Part shown: one piece after another, positions 55,326-64,000 of the stretch
How the letters are laid out: each line of letters begins with the position of its first letter
Numbering within the stretch: the stretch's first letter is position 1
Assembly (NCBI GenBank): GCA_016432625.1
Contig: CP066697.1
Span: 392,409-456,408, forward strand
Length of the DNA stretch: 64,000 bases
Direction: 5' to 3'
Origin: Candidatus Berkelbacteria bacterium
Lineage (GTDB): Bacteria; Patescibacteriota; UBA1384; 2-12-FULL-50-11
The notes under the pieces: model-generated
The model's database searches: none
Told to the model about the DNA's origin: nothing
The model's input: the letters and a program-made list of their open reading frames with translations, nothing else
Made by a program: the position numbers and the translations under genes

Positions 55326-55658
55326 GAGTCCTTTCGGGGGCTCGCAGAGAGACGGTCTGTCTTCTCTGGGTTAGGGATCGTGTCCGCGTTCGTGATCGGT
55401 CCGTTGTCCGTTTTGATAAGTTAGAGCGTACCTGGCAACAATACGTGACCGTGTTCGTCGATAGTTGCTCGTTTGTTCGTTAAGTTTTGGGATTGTTGCT
55501 TGAGCCCAGCTACAACCCTGTCGTGGGGCAAATGGGTTCCCGTTTTGCTAGCGGAGTTTGCGCTTCGTAATGAACCTTGTTGATCACAAGTGTTCAGCAC
55601 AACCTTGGTACATACACGACAAAGAAGTCCTCGACACGCAAATGTCGAGGCTTCTTTT
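55326..55658 (+). ncRNA. Candidate structured ncRNA D (~330 nt)
   Basis: TATACT 55314-55319, 5' UUCG hairpin, multiple stems, terminator 55621-55658, no ORF of 60 aa or more. Confidence 0.55.
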
Positions 55659-56049
55659 AATCCTTCAGGATTTTGGGGATTTCCGATTGCGGTACTTTAC
55701 GAACTTCAATCTTGGCCTTTCCCTGTGAACTAGCCTTCATCAAACGGTGCAGACCATCCAAAATCAGCCAACGCCCCCGCCAGTGCATGATGTCAATTGG
55801 ATGCGATAGATCAGCCTTCTGCGTCCGGTCGTACTCGCCTTGGTATTTTTTAGGGTTTTTCAACACTTCATCGGGCTTCAGGTTGTAATATCCATCCGGC
55901 TTCGTCCACAGAAATGGAACGTCGAAATGCCAAACTAACTCGTCTATATCCATTTCTTCGACTGGAAGATCGAGTGCCCAGACTTTCTTTTCGTCCCAGT
56001 CAAAATCAAACCCAACTTCTTTAATAATTTTCGGTGGTTGCCTGCTCAT
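55657..56049 (-). CDS. Stand-alone ParB/Srx N-terminal-like protein
   Basis: ADLSHPI...ILDGLHRL.KA. Confidence 0.78.
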   Translation of the reverse strand: MSRQPPKIIKEVGFDFDWDEKKVWALDLPVEEMDIDELVWHFDVPFLWTKPDGYYNLKPDEVLKNPKKYQGEYDRTQKADLSHPIDIMHWRGRWLILDGLHRLMKASSQGKAKIEVRKVPQSEIPKILKD

Positions 56050-56507
56050 CAGTCACCCACAACGCCGCCCATAAAACGGGCTTCGTAAACTAAACCGTCC
56101 TTGAAATGTATCTGCTCCATACCATCAAAGCGCTCAACACTTCCTTCGGTTTTGTTACTGTATCGCCAGTCACCTTCTACTAACAATCCCGGTCCCCTGA
56201 AAGGTCTATCTTCGGGCATCTTCATTAGAGCTCGTTTCAGGAATCCATAAAGCTCGCCAACATTGACGTCGCTATCGAGCGGGTAGCCGTAGTACGTCAT
56301 TATCCAAATCGGCACGTTTTTTAGCGATACGATATCGCGGCCGCCAAATTTCACTCCGCCGACCCAACTGTCGTGGAATCTCCAGTCGCCACGTTCGTAG
56401 ATAATCGTTTCCGAGTTGTCAGAATTTTTTAGAATCTTTGTGGATTCATTTCCATAACCATTCTTATTGGCCTCAAGCAAAAATACCCGGAGTTCTTCGA
56501 TGTTCAT
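56049..56507 (-). CDS. DUF5680-like protein
   Basis: FL.EA...GY, GG.KFGG, W.M.YYG, PFRGP. Confidence 0.75.
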   Translation of the reverse strand: MNIEELRVFLLEANKNGYGNESTKILKNSDNSETIIYERGDWRFHDSWVGGVKFGGRDIVSLKNVPIWIMTYYGYPLDSDVNVGELYGFLKRALMKMPEDRPFRGPGLLVEGDWRYSNKTEGSVERFDGMEQIHFKDGLVYEARFMGGVVGD

Positions 56508-57043
56508 AATGACTCAAAATTTATCGCGTTTTTTACACTCTCTGTTTCTTCCGGCGTCAGTAGCCTCGTTATTTTCGCTACTTCCTCGGGGTCTGGCAAT
56601 CCAATCCCAGAACCGTTTTCACGGGTATATAACGTAACGTGTGTTGGCTGGTTGAGAAAATCCATCCCGAGTGCTTGACGCATACCGTCGAAAAATTCCT
56701 GCAAGTTTTTTGCTTGGCACATCACGACGACAGTCTTCTTGTCCCGCTCTTCAGCCAATCGGAACTCGTCTTTGAACTGTTCAATTGAAATCGGAAACTG
56801 TTTTAACAATCGACTAGCTTCTTCTAAAATCGTCTGCTCGGCGTCCTCTTCCGAAACACCTTTAAGCTGAGCCATTTCTGGCGCGTACTTTTTGACACAA
56901 AAAATACTCATATGGAATTCCGATTTTTTAACTAATGTTTCGCCATCAATTTCTAATGTCGACGCAATTAGAGGCGTCTCATAAGGCAAGCCCACATAGC
57001 CCCCTGCATAACGGTATCCAGCAAGAAGGTTCTCGCTAGCCAT
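56504..57043 (-). CDS. Putative 2H phosphoesterase
   Basis: Two HxS/T motifs (FHMSI, THVTL). Confidence 0.65.
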   Translation of the reverse strand: MASENLLAGYRYAGGYVGLPYETPLIASTLEIDGETLVKKSEFHMSIFCVKKYAPEMAQLKGVSEEDAEQTILEEASRLLKQFPISIEQFKDEFRLAEERDKKTVVVMCQAKNLQEFFDGMRQALGMDFLNQPTHVTLYTRENGSGIGLPDPEEVAKITRLLTPEETESVKNAINFESL

Positions 57044-57572
57044 TTAAGTAACCTTTTAGATTCGTAGCCGCAATATTGCGCATACTAAAAGAATTCTTCT
57101 CCTCTTGACCCATTTCGGCGAATGTTTTGTCACGGCCATCTGGACAAAAAATTGGGTCCCAGCCAAAACCTGTCTCGCCGCGCGGCGCAACGATTGTCCC
57201 TTCAATCACTCCTTCAAAATACTCAATCTTGCCACCTTCCGAAGCGTAGCCGATAATCGTTTTGGCTTGAGCTTTGGCGTTGCCGAGTTTCGTAGCAATT
57301 TCGGCCAAACCGTCATTGCCAACAGTTTTCAAAAACCATTTAATCAAAGGTCCGGGTAAACCCTTCAAACAATCGAGATAAAGCGAAGTATCTTCGACAA
57401 TAAATCCGGCTTTTTTATGTTTTAGAGCTTCTTCTAATTTTGCTTTAATTATTTCGTGCGCATCGATGTTTTGAATCTCCGGCAGGTCAATGTCCATTTG
57501 TTCAACGTCGGGAATAATAGATTTAATTTCTGCAAATTTATTGGCGCTGCCTGTAATGAAAAATAAGGCCAT
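57036..57572 (-). CDS. Non-canonical purine NTP pyrophosphatase (Ham1/ITPase)
   Basis: FITGSANK..E, VEDTSL, LPGPLIKW, FGWDPIF, KN..S.R. Confidence 0.93.
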   Translation of the reverse strand: MALFFITGSANKFAEIKSIIPDVEQMDIDLPEIQNIDAHEIIKAKLEEALKHKKAGFIVEDTSLYLDCLKGLPGPLIKWFLKTVGNDGLAEIATKLGNAKAQAKTIIGYASEGGKIEYFEGVIEGTIVAPRGETGFGWDPIFCPDGRDKTFAEMGQEEKNSFSMRNIAATNLKGYLNG

Positions 57573-57991
57573 CAAAACTCCGTTAGCTCTATAAGCGTTT
57601 CGGGTGTAGTGCTGTAGTCGCGGTACCTCAACCATTCGGGGGTAACTTTAAAATATCTGGTTTCAGGAATATCGAAGAACTTACTTGCTCCCGGGTTCTT
57701 TTTGACAAAAATATTTTTCAGCTCCTCCATCTCTTCACCATCAACTTCCGTCGCTACCCCTTCGTACTGGACCGTAGCGTCCTCCCAGCCAATGACCACC
57801 GCAACGTTAGGATTGGCCTTGAGGTTTGGGTATTTGCGATAGGTTGAGAACGTATCAAAGATCAGCTCGAAGTTGTCAGTTTCGGCAAACTCAATCGCGG
57901 CAGCTTCGGGTTTGCCTGTCTTTGACGAAGTAGCCAAGACACAAACTTGATGACGCTTTATAAACTCCAGAATCTCTATTTTTGTTTTCAT
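57572..57991 (-). CDS. Pyridoxamine 5'-phosphate oxidase-like FMN-binding protein
   Basis: VLATS...GKP, RKY.NL..NP.VA, VQYEG.A. Confidence 0.85.
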   Translation of the reverse strand: MKTKIEILEFIKRHQVCVLATSSKTGKPEAAAIEFAETDNFELIFDTFSTYRKYPNLKANPNVAVVIGWEDATVQYEGVATEVDGEEMEELKNIFVKKNPGASKFFDIPETRYFKVTPEWLRYRDYSTTPETLIELTEF

Positions 57992-58005
57992 TTTCCAAAT
58001 TTATT

Positions 58006-58713
58006 TCACGAAGCAAGCTCTTTGAGCTGGGTAGGTATCCCAGACTTATTACCAATTTTTTGAGATAGGTTAATCATTATTTTTTGCAGCACATCGCTTA
58101 CCATCACCAGTTCCTCTTTACTAATAACTACCTGGTCACTATGAGCGGCTGCAATACGTTTTGCATATATCTCCCGCAGTTTCTCTTGGTTGAAGACTTT
58201 ATATTTATCCTGAATATCTTGTGTGAATAGTGAGAAATCAAAAAATTCTTTTTGGCTTATACCAAGCACGTGCTCGTAGTCTTGCAACCTACTCTTCAAG
58301 TCTTTTTTTGAAAACACCTTTAGATAATTTGTTACGAGTGAGAGGAGAGGTTCGGTTGGAGAAGAATGTCTTAATGCAACCTCCATACTGTCCTCCAGGA
58401 ATGCATCGAATATGCCGCACATCATTACTAGGCTGTAATTATAAACCCATGAGAGGTAGCGAGCAGCTTTATTAAGGTTTGTAAAATATTGCTCTTCTAT
58501 CTTTGCGTACATCCTATCTATATCATCCTCAGTAGGAGGCTTCAGAAACATTTTTGGGTTAGAGAGGATCTCTTTTGTCGTCTCTCGCAGCTCGTCGGTC
58601 ATTTCTTTAGCTATGCACATTTGCGCGTGTGGGGTTAACGCATGATTTTCTACGCGATTGACAAACTGGTAACATTCTACAATCCTTTTAATGTAATCTA
58701 ATTCTTTAAGCAT
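58006..58713 (-). CDS. Hypothetical protein, possible HEPN domain
   Basis: Helical, AT-rich ORF with Rx4H (RIAAAH) and upstream IFDAFLED. Confidence 0.55.
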   Translation of the reverse strand: MLKELDYIKRIVECYQFVNRVENHALTPHAQMCIAKEMTDELRETTKEILSNPKMFLKPPTEDDIDRMYAKIEEQYFTNLNKAARYLSWVYNYSLVMMCGIFDAFLEDSMEVALRHSSPTEPLLSLVTNYLKVFSKKDLKSRLQDYEHVLGISQKEFFDFSLFTQDIQDKYKVFNQEKLREIYAKRIAAAHSDQVVISKEELVMVSDVLQKIMINLSQKIGNKSGIPTQLKELAS

Positions 58714-58778
58714 AGGGTCGCAAGACAAAAAGCCCCGCGGTGAGGCGGGTACTTTTTGTGTTCATTCTTTGAATTCTC

Positions 58779-59168
58779 TTACTTTAGTTCGACAGTCGCG
58801 CCGGCTTCTTCGAGACGTTTCTTGGCAGCTTCGGCGTCGTCTTTCTTCATCATGCCGAGCTCCTTAGGAGCGGCATCGACGAGGTCTTTAGCTTCCTTCA
58901 GCCCAAGCTCCTGTTTGATTTCGCGAACAGCCTTAATGACCGCGATCTTTTGATCGCCGGAAGCAGCGAGTACGACATTGTACTCAGATTTTTCTTCAGC
59001 GGCCTCAGAACCAGCGGCGGCACCAGCGGCTGCGGGTGCGGCGCCAGCAGCCATAACTGGCATGGCGGAAACGCCGAACTTCTCTTCGACGGCCTTCACT
59101 AATTCGGACAGTTCCATTACCGACAATTCGGCGATCTGGTCAATCAATTTGTCTGTTTTATCACTCAT
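58779..59168 (-). CDS. rplL: 50S ribosomal protein L7/L12
   Basis: [27 protein letters not shown]. Confidence 0.98.
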   Translation of the reverse strand: MSDKTDKLIDQIAELSVMELSELVKAVEEKFGVSAMPVMAAGAAPAAAGAAAGSEAAEEKSEYNVVLAASGDQKIAVIKAVREIKQELGLKEAKDLVDAAPKELGMMKKDDAEAAKKRLEEAGATVELK

Positions 59169-59904
59169 TATTCTCCTTTACTTCTTCCTTATTATTAACT
59201 TCTTCATCCTGAGCGGAGTCGAAGGATTCTTTTTCTTCTTTAATCTCACTTTCTTCTGTGGATACTTCTGCATTTTCTTCGCTAGTTTGTGCAGGAGTCT
59301 CTACAGTTTCAGTTTCTTCTTTTGGTTGCCCTGATTCAGCATTAGCTGCTTCTGTAACTTCTGTTTTTGCTTCCTCCACAACTGGCGAAGCCGGTTGTGA
59401 ACTCTTAACTGCCTCGACCACAAAAGCAAATTTCTGCATCGGATAATTCAAAGAATATGCTAGCGATCCGATTAAACCGCCAAGGCGGCCGACCAACTGT
59501 GCTTGAAGAGTCTCTTTGTTTGGCAGTGAAGCCAGTGTTTTGACTTGGGAGGCATCGAAGAAACTACCATCGATCCAGCCCCCTAAAACTTCCAGCGCTT
59601 CGGTTTCTTTACCGAATTCAACCAAAGTTTTAGCGGCAGTTACTTCATCTTGGAAACCGTAAGCTAAGGCCAAGGTTTTTTCAGGGATGTCAATCTCTCG
59701 CCCCAGGCGCTTTAAAATTAGGCGCAGCAGGTTGTTGGAAAGCATTTTGATCTTGCCGTTTTGCTCGAAAGTTTTAGTGCGCAGTTCGTCGTTAGCTTTC
59801 ATATTAAGCTTGGTGTAGGCAACGATCAGGGCGACACGTGACTCCTGCAGGTCGGTGACCAGCGATTCAACTAAAGCTTCTTTTTGGGCTCTCACCAGTG
59901 GCAT
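59161..59904 (-). CDS. rplJ: 50S ribosomal protein L10 with acidic extension
   Basis: L10 core (ELR, NNL, LASLP..E.L...L), adjacent to rplL. Confidence 0.93.
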   Translation of the reverse strand: MPLVRAQKEALVESLVTDLQESRVALIVAYTKLNMKANDELRTKTFEQNGKIKMLSNNLLRLILKRLGREIDIPEKTLALAYGFQDEVTAAKTLVEFGKETEALEVLGGWIDGSFFDASQVKTLASLPNKETLQAQLVGRLGGLIGSLAYSLNYPMQKFAFVVEAVKSSQPASPVVEEAKTEVTEAANAESGQPKEETETVETPAQTSEENAEVSTEESEIKEEKESFDSAQDEEVNNKEEVKENNE

Positions 59905-59919
59905 GGATTGAAAATCTCC

Positions 59920-60015
59920 TTATATACGAAGCAAGGAGAACTTTGGTTCTGCCCTCGGTAGGATTTACGGCTTGGGGCAGGCTGCCCGGCCACCTACTTT
60001 CTTCGTAGCTAAGGC
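59920..60015 (-). promoter_or_regulatory. L10 leader (autoregulatory RNA)
   Basis: GAAGAAAGTAGG...TAAATCCTACCGAGG upstream of rplJ resembles the L10-leader core. Confidence 0.75.
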
Positions 60016-60029
60016 ATTGTCGCAAAAAG

Positions 60030-60560
60030 TTAGTTCAGGGTCAAGATGGCGTTAAGGTGTTCGGCGCCGATACGGCCCGGGAAAAAAGCTTTGAAATAAC
60101 CACCGCGTATATAATAGGTAGCGGGCATCGTCGCGAACCAGGCCTTCGAGGTTGCGCCCTCAGCATCGTAAAGTGTTTCAAAGGTGAGGTTATATTTCTT
60201 GAGTGCCTCATCAGCCTGCTCTTTATTATTTTTAACATTAACGTAGACGACGTTAATGTCTGGGTGTGCCGCAGCGAACGCACTAATGACGGGCAGGCCG
60301 ATGGCACACTCGCCGCATGTCGCATCCCAAAGTGTGATGAGAGTTTTATCAGGCACGGAGGAATCAATTGTCACGATCTTACCGTCGCCGTCCTTCAGTG
60401 TGACAGGCTTAATTGCCTCATTAACTAAGTACGGCTTGATTAATTCGCTGGCTTTTTTGTTATCGGTATAGCTTGGGCCAGTGTTAAAGACCGAGAGCCC
60501 AATTGCTATGGCAATAACTACCAGCAAGAAACCAATCGGCAGGATTAACCGCCGCGTCAT
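60030..60560 (-). CDS. TlpA-like membrane-anchored thiol-disulfide oxidoreductase
   Basis: TM helix, WDATCGEC (CxxC), MPATY. Confidence 0.85.
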   Translation of the reverse strand: MTRRLILPIGFLLVVIAIAIGLSVFNTGPSYTDNKKASELIKPYLVNEAIKPVTLKDGDGKIVTIDSSVPDKTLITLWDATCGECAIGLPVISAFAAAHPDINVVYVNVKNNKEQADEALKKYNLTFETLYDAEGATSKAWFATMPATYYIRGGYFKAFFPGRIGAEHLNAILTLN

Positions 60561-60563
60561 GAC

Positions 60564-61487
60564 TTAAAGCGAGTTTAGATCTATTGAAACGGAAGGGCTG
60601 ATACTGGCCGACAGATGAGCCGTCTCGATCCGTGATTTAGGTAGGGTCGCAAAAATTGCGCGAATGTTTTCCAGCAGTTTTGCGTCGTCCCAAGAGACTT
60701 TGCCAACAATTTGGTGAACTTGGTTCTGGGCGTCAATGCGGTACTCGACTTTGCCAGCGTTGATTTCTTCGATGGTTTTCTTTGGGTCGTTAGTAACCGT
60801 GCCGGATTTCGGATCGGGCATTTTGCCTTTAGGGCCGAGAATTTTGGCAATTTTACCAACTTTAGGCATCAACTCCGGCGAAGCTAAGGCGATATCAAAA
60901 TCAATCCTTTTGGTCTTGGCGATCTCTTCTATTTTGTTTTCATCTAGAACAATAATATTTTTTTGTTTGCCTGAACCGTGCGGCAGATGGAACAAGCCTT
61001 TCGGTGATTCAGAAACGACTTTGCCCTTCTTCTTGATAAGTTTTAGGTGCACCTCAATCGAGCCGTCAAATTTACTTAAAGAAACTTTCTTAACTAACGT
61101 CACTGCTTCGTCTAGCGGGTAACGCTTGCCAGCTTCGACTTGATTCTTTGCCTGGTGGTATTTTTTGGAGCGTAGTTTTGCCTTCTTAGATACGACCTTT
61201 TTACTCTCGGTTTTCTTAGCGCCCTTTTTCGTTGCCGGTTCGTTTAGTTCTTTGGCAATCTCATTGTCAGTATTAATCGCCGCGATCTCGGCAGGAATAT
61301 CAGCATCAACATCAGCGCCTTCCTCGGCCGCTAAGCCCTTCTCCGCCTCTTCGTCGGGGCTTGAAGCCGCCTCGTCTATCGAGGCTTCGCTGTGGTGGCG
61401 ACTTAAACCTTCGGCTTCCCGTTCGGAATCCTTCTCGAGTTCAACCGGATTATCGTCCTGTACTGTCTTGGTGTTTTTCTTTGGCAT
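60564..61487 (-). CDS. rplA: 50S ribosomal protein L1 with acidic N-terminal extension
   Basis: KFDGSIE, LPHGSGK, ILGPKGKMP.PKSGTVT. Confidence 0.96.
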   Translation of the reverse strand: MPKKNTKTVQDDNPVELEKDSEREAEGLSRHHSEASIDEAASSPDEEAEKGLAAEEGADVDADIPAEIAAINTDNEIAKELNEPATKKGAKKTESKKVVSKKAKLRSKKYHQAKNQVEAGKRYPLDEAVTLVKKVSLSKFDGSIEVHLKLIKKKGKVVSESPKGLFHLPHGSGKQKNIIVLDENKIEEIAKTKRIDFDIALASPELMPKVGKIAKILGPKGKMPDPKSGTVTNDPKKTIEEINAGKVEYRIDAQNQVHQIVGKVSWDDAKLLENIRAIFATLPKSRIETAHLSASISPSVSIDLNSL

Positions 61488-62025
61488 TGAATGTTATCGC
61501 TGATAGATTTTGTTCGTCAATTGATTGTATCAGGTAGGAAACCACTCGGTCAATGACAGAGCCTAACTCTTTTTCTTCCTCCTCCGTAAACGGCGCCAAG
61601 ACGTAATCAGCTAATTCTACAAATTTCGCGTCCCTGCCAACACCAACACGAATCCGCCAATATTCCGGGCCGATTGCCTCGTCGATGGATTTAATACCGT
61701 TGTGCCCTCCACTTGAGCCGCCAAGTTTCACGCGAACTTCGCCAAAAGGAATTTCGACGTCATCGTGGATGACCCAAATATCCTCGTGGTCTAAGCCGTG
61801 CTTTTGTTTGATTTTATTTGCGACAACTCCCGATTCGTTAACGTAGGTGAGCGGCTTCAAAATCTCAACGTCGCCACTCTTGAAATATTGGGCCGGTATA
61901 TAACCACCCTCGTTAAATTCCCCGTGGAGTTTGTGAACTAAAGCCTCAACAATCCGGAAACCGATGTTGTGACGGGTTCTGTCGTACTTACGGCCAGGAT
62001 TGCCTAAGCCAATTATTGCTTTCAT
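61450..62025 (-). CDS. pth: Peptidyl-tRNA hydrolase
   Basis: GLGNPG..Y..TRHNIGF, HDD, GGHNGIKS. Confidence 0.97.
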   Translation of the reverse strand: MKAIIGLGNPGRKYDRTRHNIGFRIVEALVHKLHGEFNEGGYIPAQYFKSGDVEILKPLTYVNESGVVANKIKQKHGLDHEDIWVIHDDVEIPFGEVRVKLGGSSGGHNGIKSIDEAIGPEYWRIRVGVGRDAKFVELADYVLAPFTEEEEKELGSVIDRVVSYLIQSIDEQNLSAITFNAKEKHQDSTGR

Positions 62026-62106
62026 TTATTCGCGATCCTCCCCATCGCTTAAGAGGACGAGGATGCCGATAACGACAACTACGCCCACAATCACTAGGGA
62101 AAACAT
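62026..62106 (-). CDS. 26-aa single-TM small protein
   Basis: MFSLVIVGVVVVIGILVLLSDGEDRE exactly fills the ybaB-pth gap. Confidence 0.6.
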   Translation of the reverse strand: MFSLVIVGVVVVIGILVLLSDGEDRE

Positions 62107-62418
62107 TTACATACCTGGGAAGTTGAAGTCTTTTAAGATCGGCTGTAAACGCGCGGCGGACTCGCTCTGCGCTTTGGCCATCGCTTGGCCGATCGTGTCT
62201 TTAAGGTTGCTTTCAAGCTGATTTTTATTGCCAGCGTCGAGCGCCTCATCGGCGATAGTTATCTCGACTATTTTCATCTCACCGTTCACGATGACGCCAA
62301 CAGTACCGTCAGTGGAGCGGGCTTCGATCTCTAAATTTTTGAGTTGTTTCTGTACATCCTTTGCCTTTTTCTGCAATTGGTACATGTCTTTCATTTGTCC
62401 GAAACTTGGTAATGCCAT
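62107..62418 (-). CDS. YbaB/EbfC nucleoid-associated protein
   Basis: Q.KA..VQKQL, G.V.V.VNG...I..I.I. Confidence 0.9.
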   Translation of the reverse strand: MALPSFGQMKDMYQLQKKAKDVQKQLKNLEIEARSTDGTVGVIVNGEMKIVEITIADEALDAGNKNQLESNLKDTIGQAMAKAQSESAARLQPILKDFNFPGM

Positions 62419-62433
62419 GAATTCCTTTCTTTG

Positions 62434-62572
62434 TTAGTAGTGCGCTCGCTTCTTACGAAATGCTAGGAGCAATTTTAGCATTTCCCTAAGCTTCCGTTCG
62501 GCAGTTGTCGATTGTCCACCGGACATTCGACATTTGCTGCCTCATCATCTGTCCGAAACTTGGTAATGCCAT
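62434..62572 (-). other. Palindromic insert with duplicated ybaB start and two mini-ORFs
   Basis: RBS plus ATGGCATTACCAAGTTTCGGACA repeated at 62572 and 62418; ORFs 62572-62486 and 62481-62434. Confidence 0.7.
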
Positions 62573-62599
62573 ATTTTCCTTTCTGAGTTAAAGCAAACT

Positions 62600-63592
62600 C
62601 TACCTGTAATTGATTTTACCTTGTGCGACGTGCTTTCGGTAGGCCTCGAGGAAAGGCTCGATCTCGCCGTCCAAGATATCTTGCACCGCCGAAGTCTCGT
62701 AGCCACTCCGCAGATCCTTAACCAACTGATACGGCTGTAAGACGTAAGAACGGATTTGGTTGCCCCATGAAGCTAAGACGGGTTCGCCGCGATGCTTTTG
62801 TTCTTCAGCTCGGTGCTTCTCGTCGTCGAGCAGTTGTAGTTTACCTTGTAGAATTTTTAAGGCCTGGTTTTTGTTTTGAAGCTGAGACCGTTCGTTCTGG
62901 CACGTCACAACGATCCCCGTCGGAAGGTGAGTCAAGCGTACGGCTGAGTCAGTAGTGTTAACGCCCTGTCCGCCGTGACCACCAGCTCGGTAAACATCGA
63001 TCTTTAATTCATCCGGTTTGATCGCTAATTCGCTGCGCTCAATTTCAGGTACTACTTCGACTAAGGCAAACGAGGTGTGCCTGGCCTTATCGGAATCAAA
63101 TGGACTAATGCGAACCAAACGATGCGTGCCATTTTCGCCTTTAAGCCGCCCATACGCTCGGAAACACTGAATGAAAAGGGTCGCGTTTTTAATGCCGGCC
63201 TCCTCGCCTTCGACACGATCAAGCAGTTGAACTTTGCAGTCAGCTTTTTCGGCGTATCGCATGTACATTCGCAAGAGCATTTCAGCCCAGTCCTGAGCTT
63301 CGGTACCGCCGGAGCCGGCGTGAACCGACAAGAAAGCTGAAGAATTGTCATGGGCGCCTGTGTACGTTGCTTCATCCTCAAGTTCCTCAAGCTCAGCTTC
63401 TGTTTCTGCCAGATCAAACCGCAAGATAATATCGTCTAAATGTTTCAGCTCTTGCGCGGTCTTGGCAGCACGTTCGTGATCCTCCCAGAATTTAGGATCG
63501 GCCATTTCCTGCTGAATTGCCGCCATCCGTTCACGCTTGGATGAGATATCTAAAATTGCGTCCAGTTCTTTTTTGCGATCGTCAGTGGCCAT
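62600..63592 (-). CDS. prfB: Peptide chain release factor 2 (no frameshift)
   Basis: SPF specificity motif, GGQ; continuous reading frame. Confidence 0.96.
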   Translation of the reverse strand: MATDDRKKELDAILDISSKRERMAAIQQEMADPKFWEDHERAAKTAQELKHLDDIILRFDLAETEAELEELEDEATYTGAHDNSSAFLSVHAGSGGTEAQDWAEMLLRMYMRYAEKADCKVQLLDRVEGEEAGIKNATLFIQCFRAYGRLKGENGTHRLVRISPFDSDKARHTSFALVEVVPEIERSELAIKPDELKIDVYRAGGHGGQGVNTTDSAVRLTHLPTGIVVTCQNERSQLQNKNQALKILQGKLQLLDDEKHRAEEQKHRGEPVLASWGNQIRSYVLQPYQLVKDLRSGYETSAVQDILDGEIEPFLEAYRKHVAQGKINYR

Positions 63593-63632
63593 GTGTTTAT
63601 TTTATCCTGTTACCTTTTACTTAAAAATGCCT

Positions 63633-63664
63633 AACAAAAAACACCCTTTCGGGTGTCTTTTGTT
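63633..63664 (-). terminator. Intrinsic terminator
   Basis: acaccc-tttc-gggtgt hairpin flanked by A/T runs. Confidence 0.75.
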
Positions 63665-63675
63665 TCTTGGCCTAG

Positions 63676-64000
63676 TTAGGCAAGAAGAGCGGCTTCCTTC
63701 TTAGCAAGCATAAGCTTGCGAAGACCGGCAGCAGCGACAGCAGCTAAGCCAGCAAACAGGTAGATTTCTCCACCGGCTTTAGGCAGGCTGGTTGTCTTTT
63801 CAGCAGCAACCTTGGTGGTCACGCAGTTAGCGTTCGCACGGGCAGCAGCTGAAGAGCTAGCCGAAGCAGAAGCAGCGGCGGCAGCAGCAGCGCTTGAAGC
63901 GCTTGTGCCTGGGCAGTTCTGGAGGCTAGTAACCGTTTGGTTACCAGTTGAACCAGAAGCAGCCGCAGCGGCGGCAGCAGCGGCAGCGGCGTTTGAGCCA
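63676..64000 (-). CDS. C-terminus of an Ala/Ser-rich surface protein with sortase signal (partial)
   Basis: Manual translation ...AAAAAASGSTG...TSLPKAGGEIYLFAGLAAVAAAGLRKLMLAKKEAALLA*: LPxAG, hydrophobic stretch, basic tail. Confidence 0.8.
   Translation of the reverse strand, partial: GSNAAAAAAAAAAASGSTGNQTVTSLQNCPGTSASSAAAAAAASASASSSAAARANANCVTTKVAAEKTTSLPKAGGEIYLFAGLAAVAAAGLRKLMLAKKEAALLA

Noticed and set aside
59161-61487. Acidic extensions on L1, L10 and NusA as a novelty
   Set aside because: Low-complexity tails are common in CPR proteins
63540-63592. prfB programmed +1 frameshift
   Set aside because: The frame is continuous and there is no CTT-TGA site
1-64000. CRISPR array, transposase, integrase, prophage or rRNA
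   Set aside because: No regularly spaced repeats or hallmark genes were seen

Overview
Gene-dense bacterial chromosome segment with a Patescibacteria/CPR-like signature (inference from gene content: tandem VirB4/TrwB-like ATPases, sortase plus an LPxTG-type substrate, acidic tails on NusA/L1/L10, tRNAs without encoded CCA, many leaderless genes). The housekeeping backbone includes mreB, nusA, clpC, lexA, dinB, cca, rpsU, ybeY, ftsAZ, nrdJ, secDF, tgt, rplAJL, pth and prfB. Gene orientation flips from mostly + to mostly - at about 44.4-44.9 kb, where a perfectly palindromic dif-like site lies, probably marking the terminus. Most unusual features: (1) five stand-alone, promoter-to-terminator structured transcription units of about 140-490 nt with no credible ORF, none recognisable as tmRNA, RNase P or SRP; (2) short palindromic inserts between genes, spanned by mini-ORFs that overlap or closely abut the neighbouring stop and start codons, two of which duplicate the downstream gene's N-terminus (in one case 18 identical codons with 11 purely synonymous changes); (3) a LexA regulon with GTTC-N7-GTTC boxes that includes a small putative Pol Y partner; (4) isolated lipid and purine enzymes (PlsX-, FabH- and hydroxylase-like, PurD, PurN) unexpected in CPR. 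All calls come from reading motifs by eye; no searches were run.
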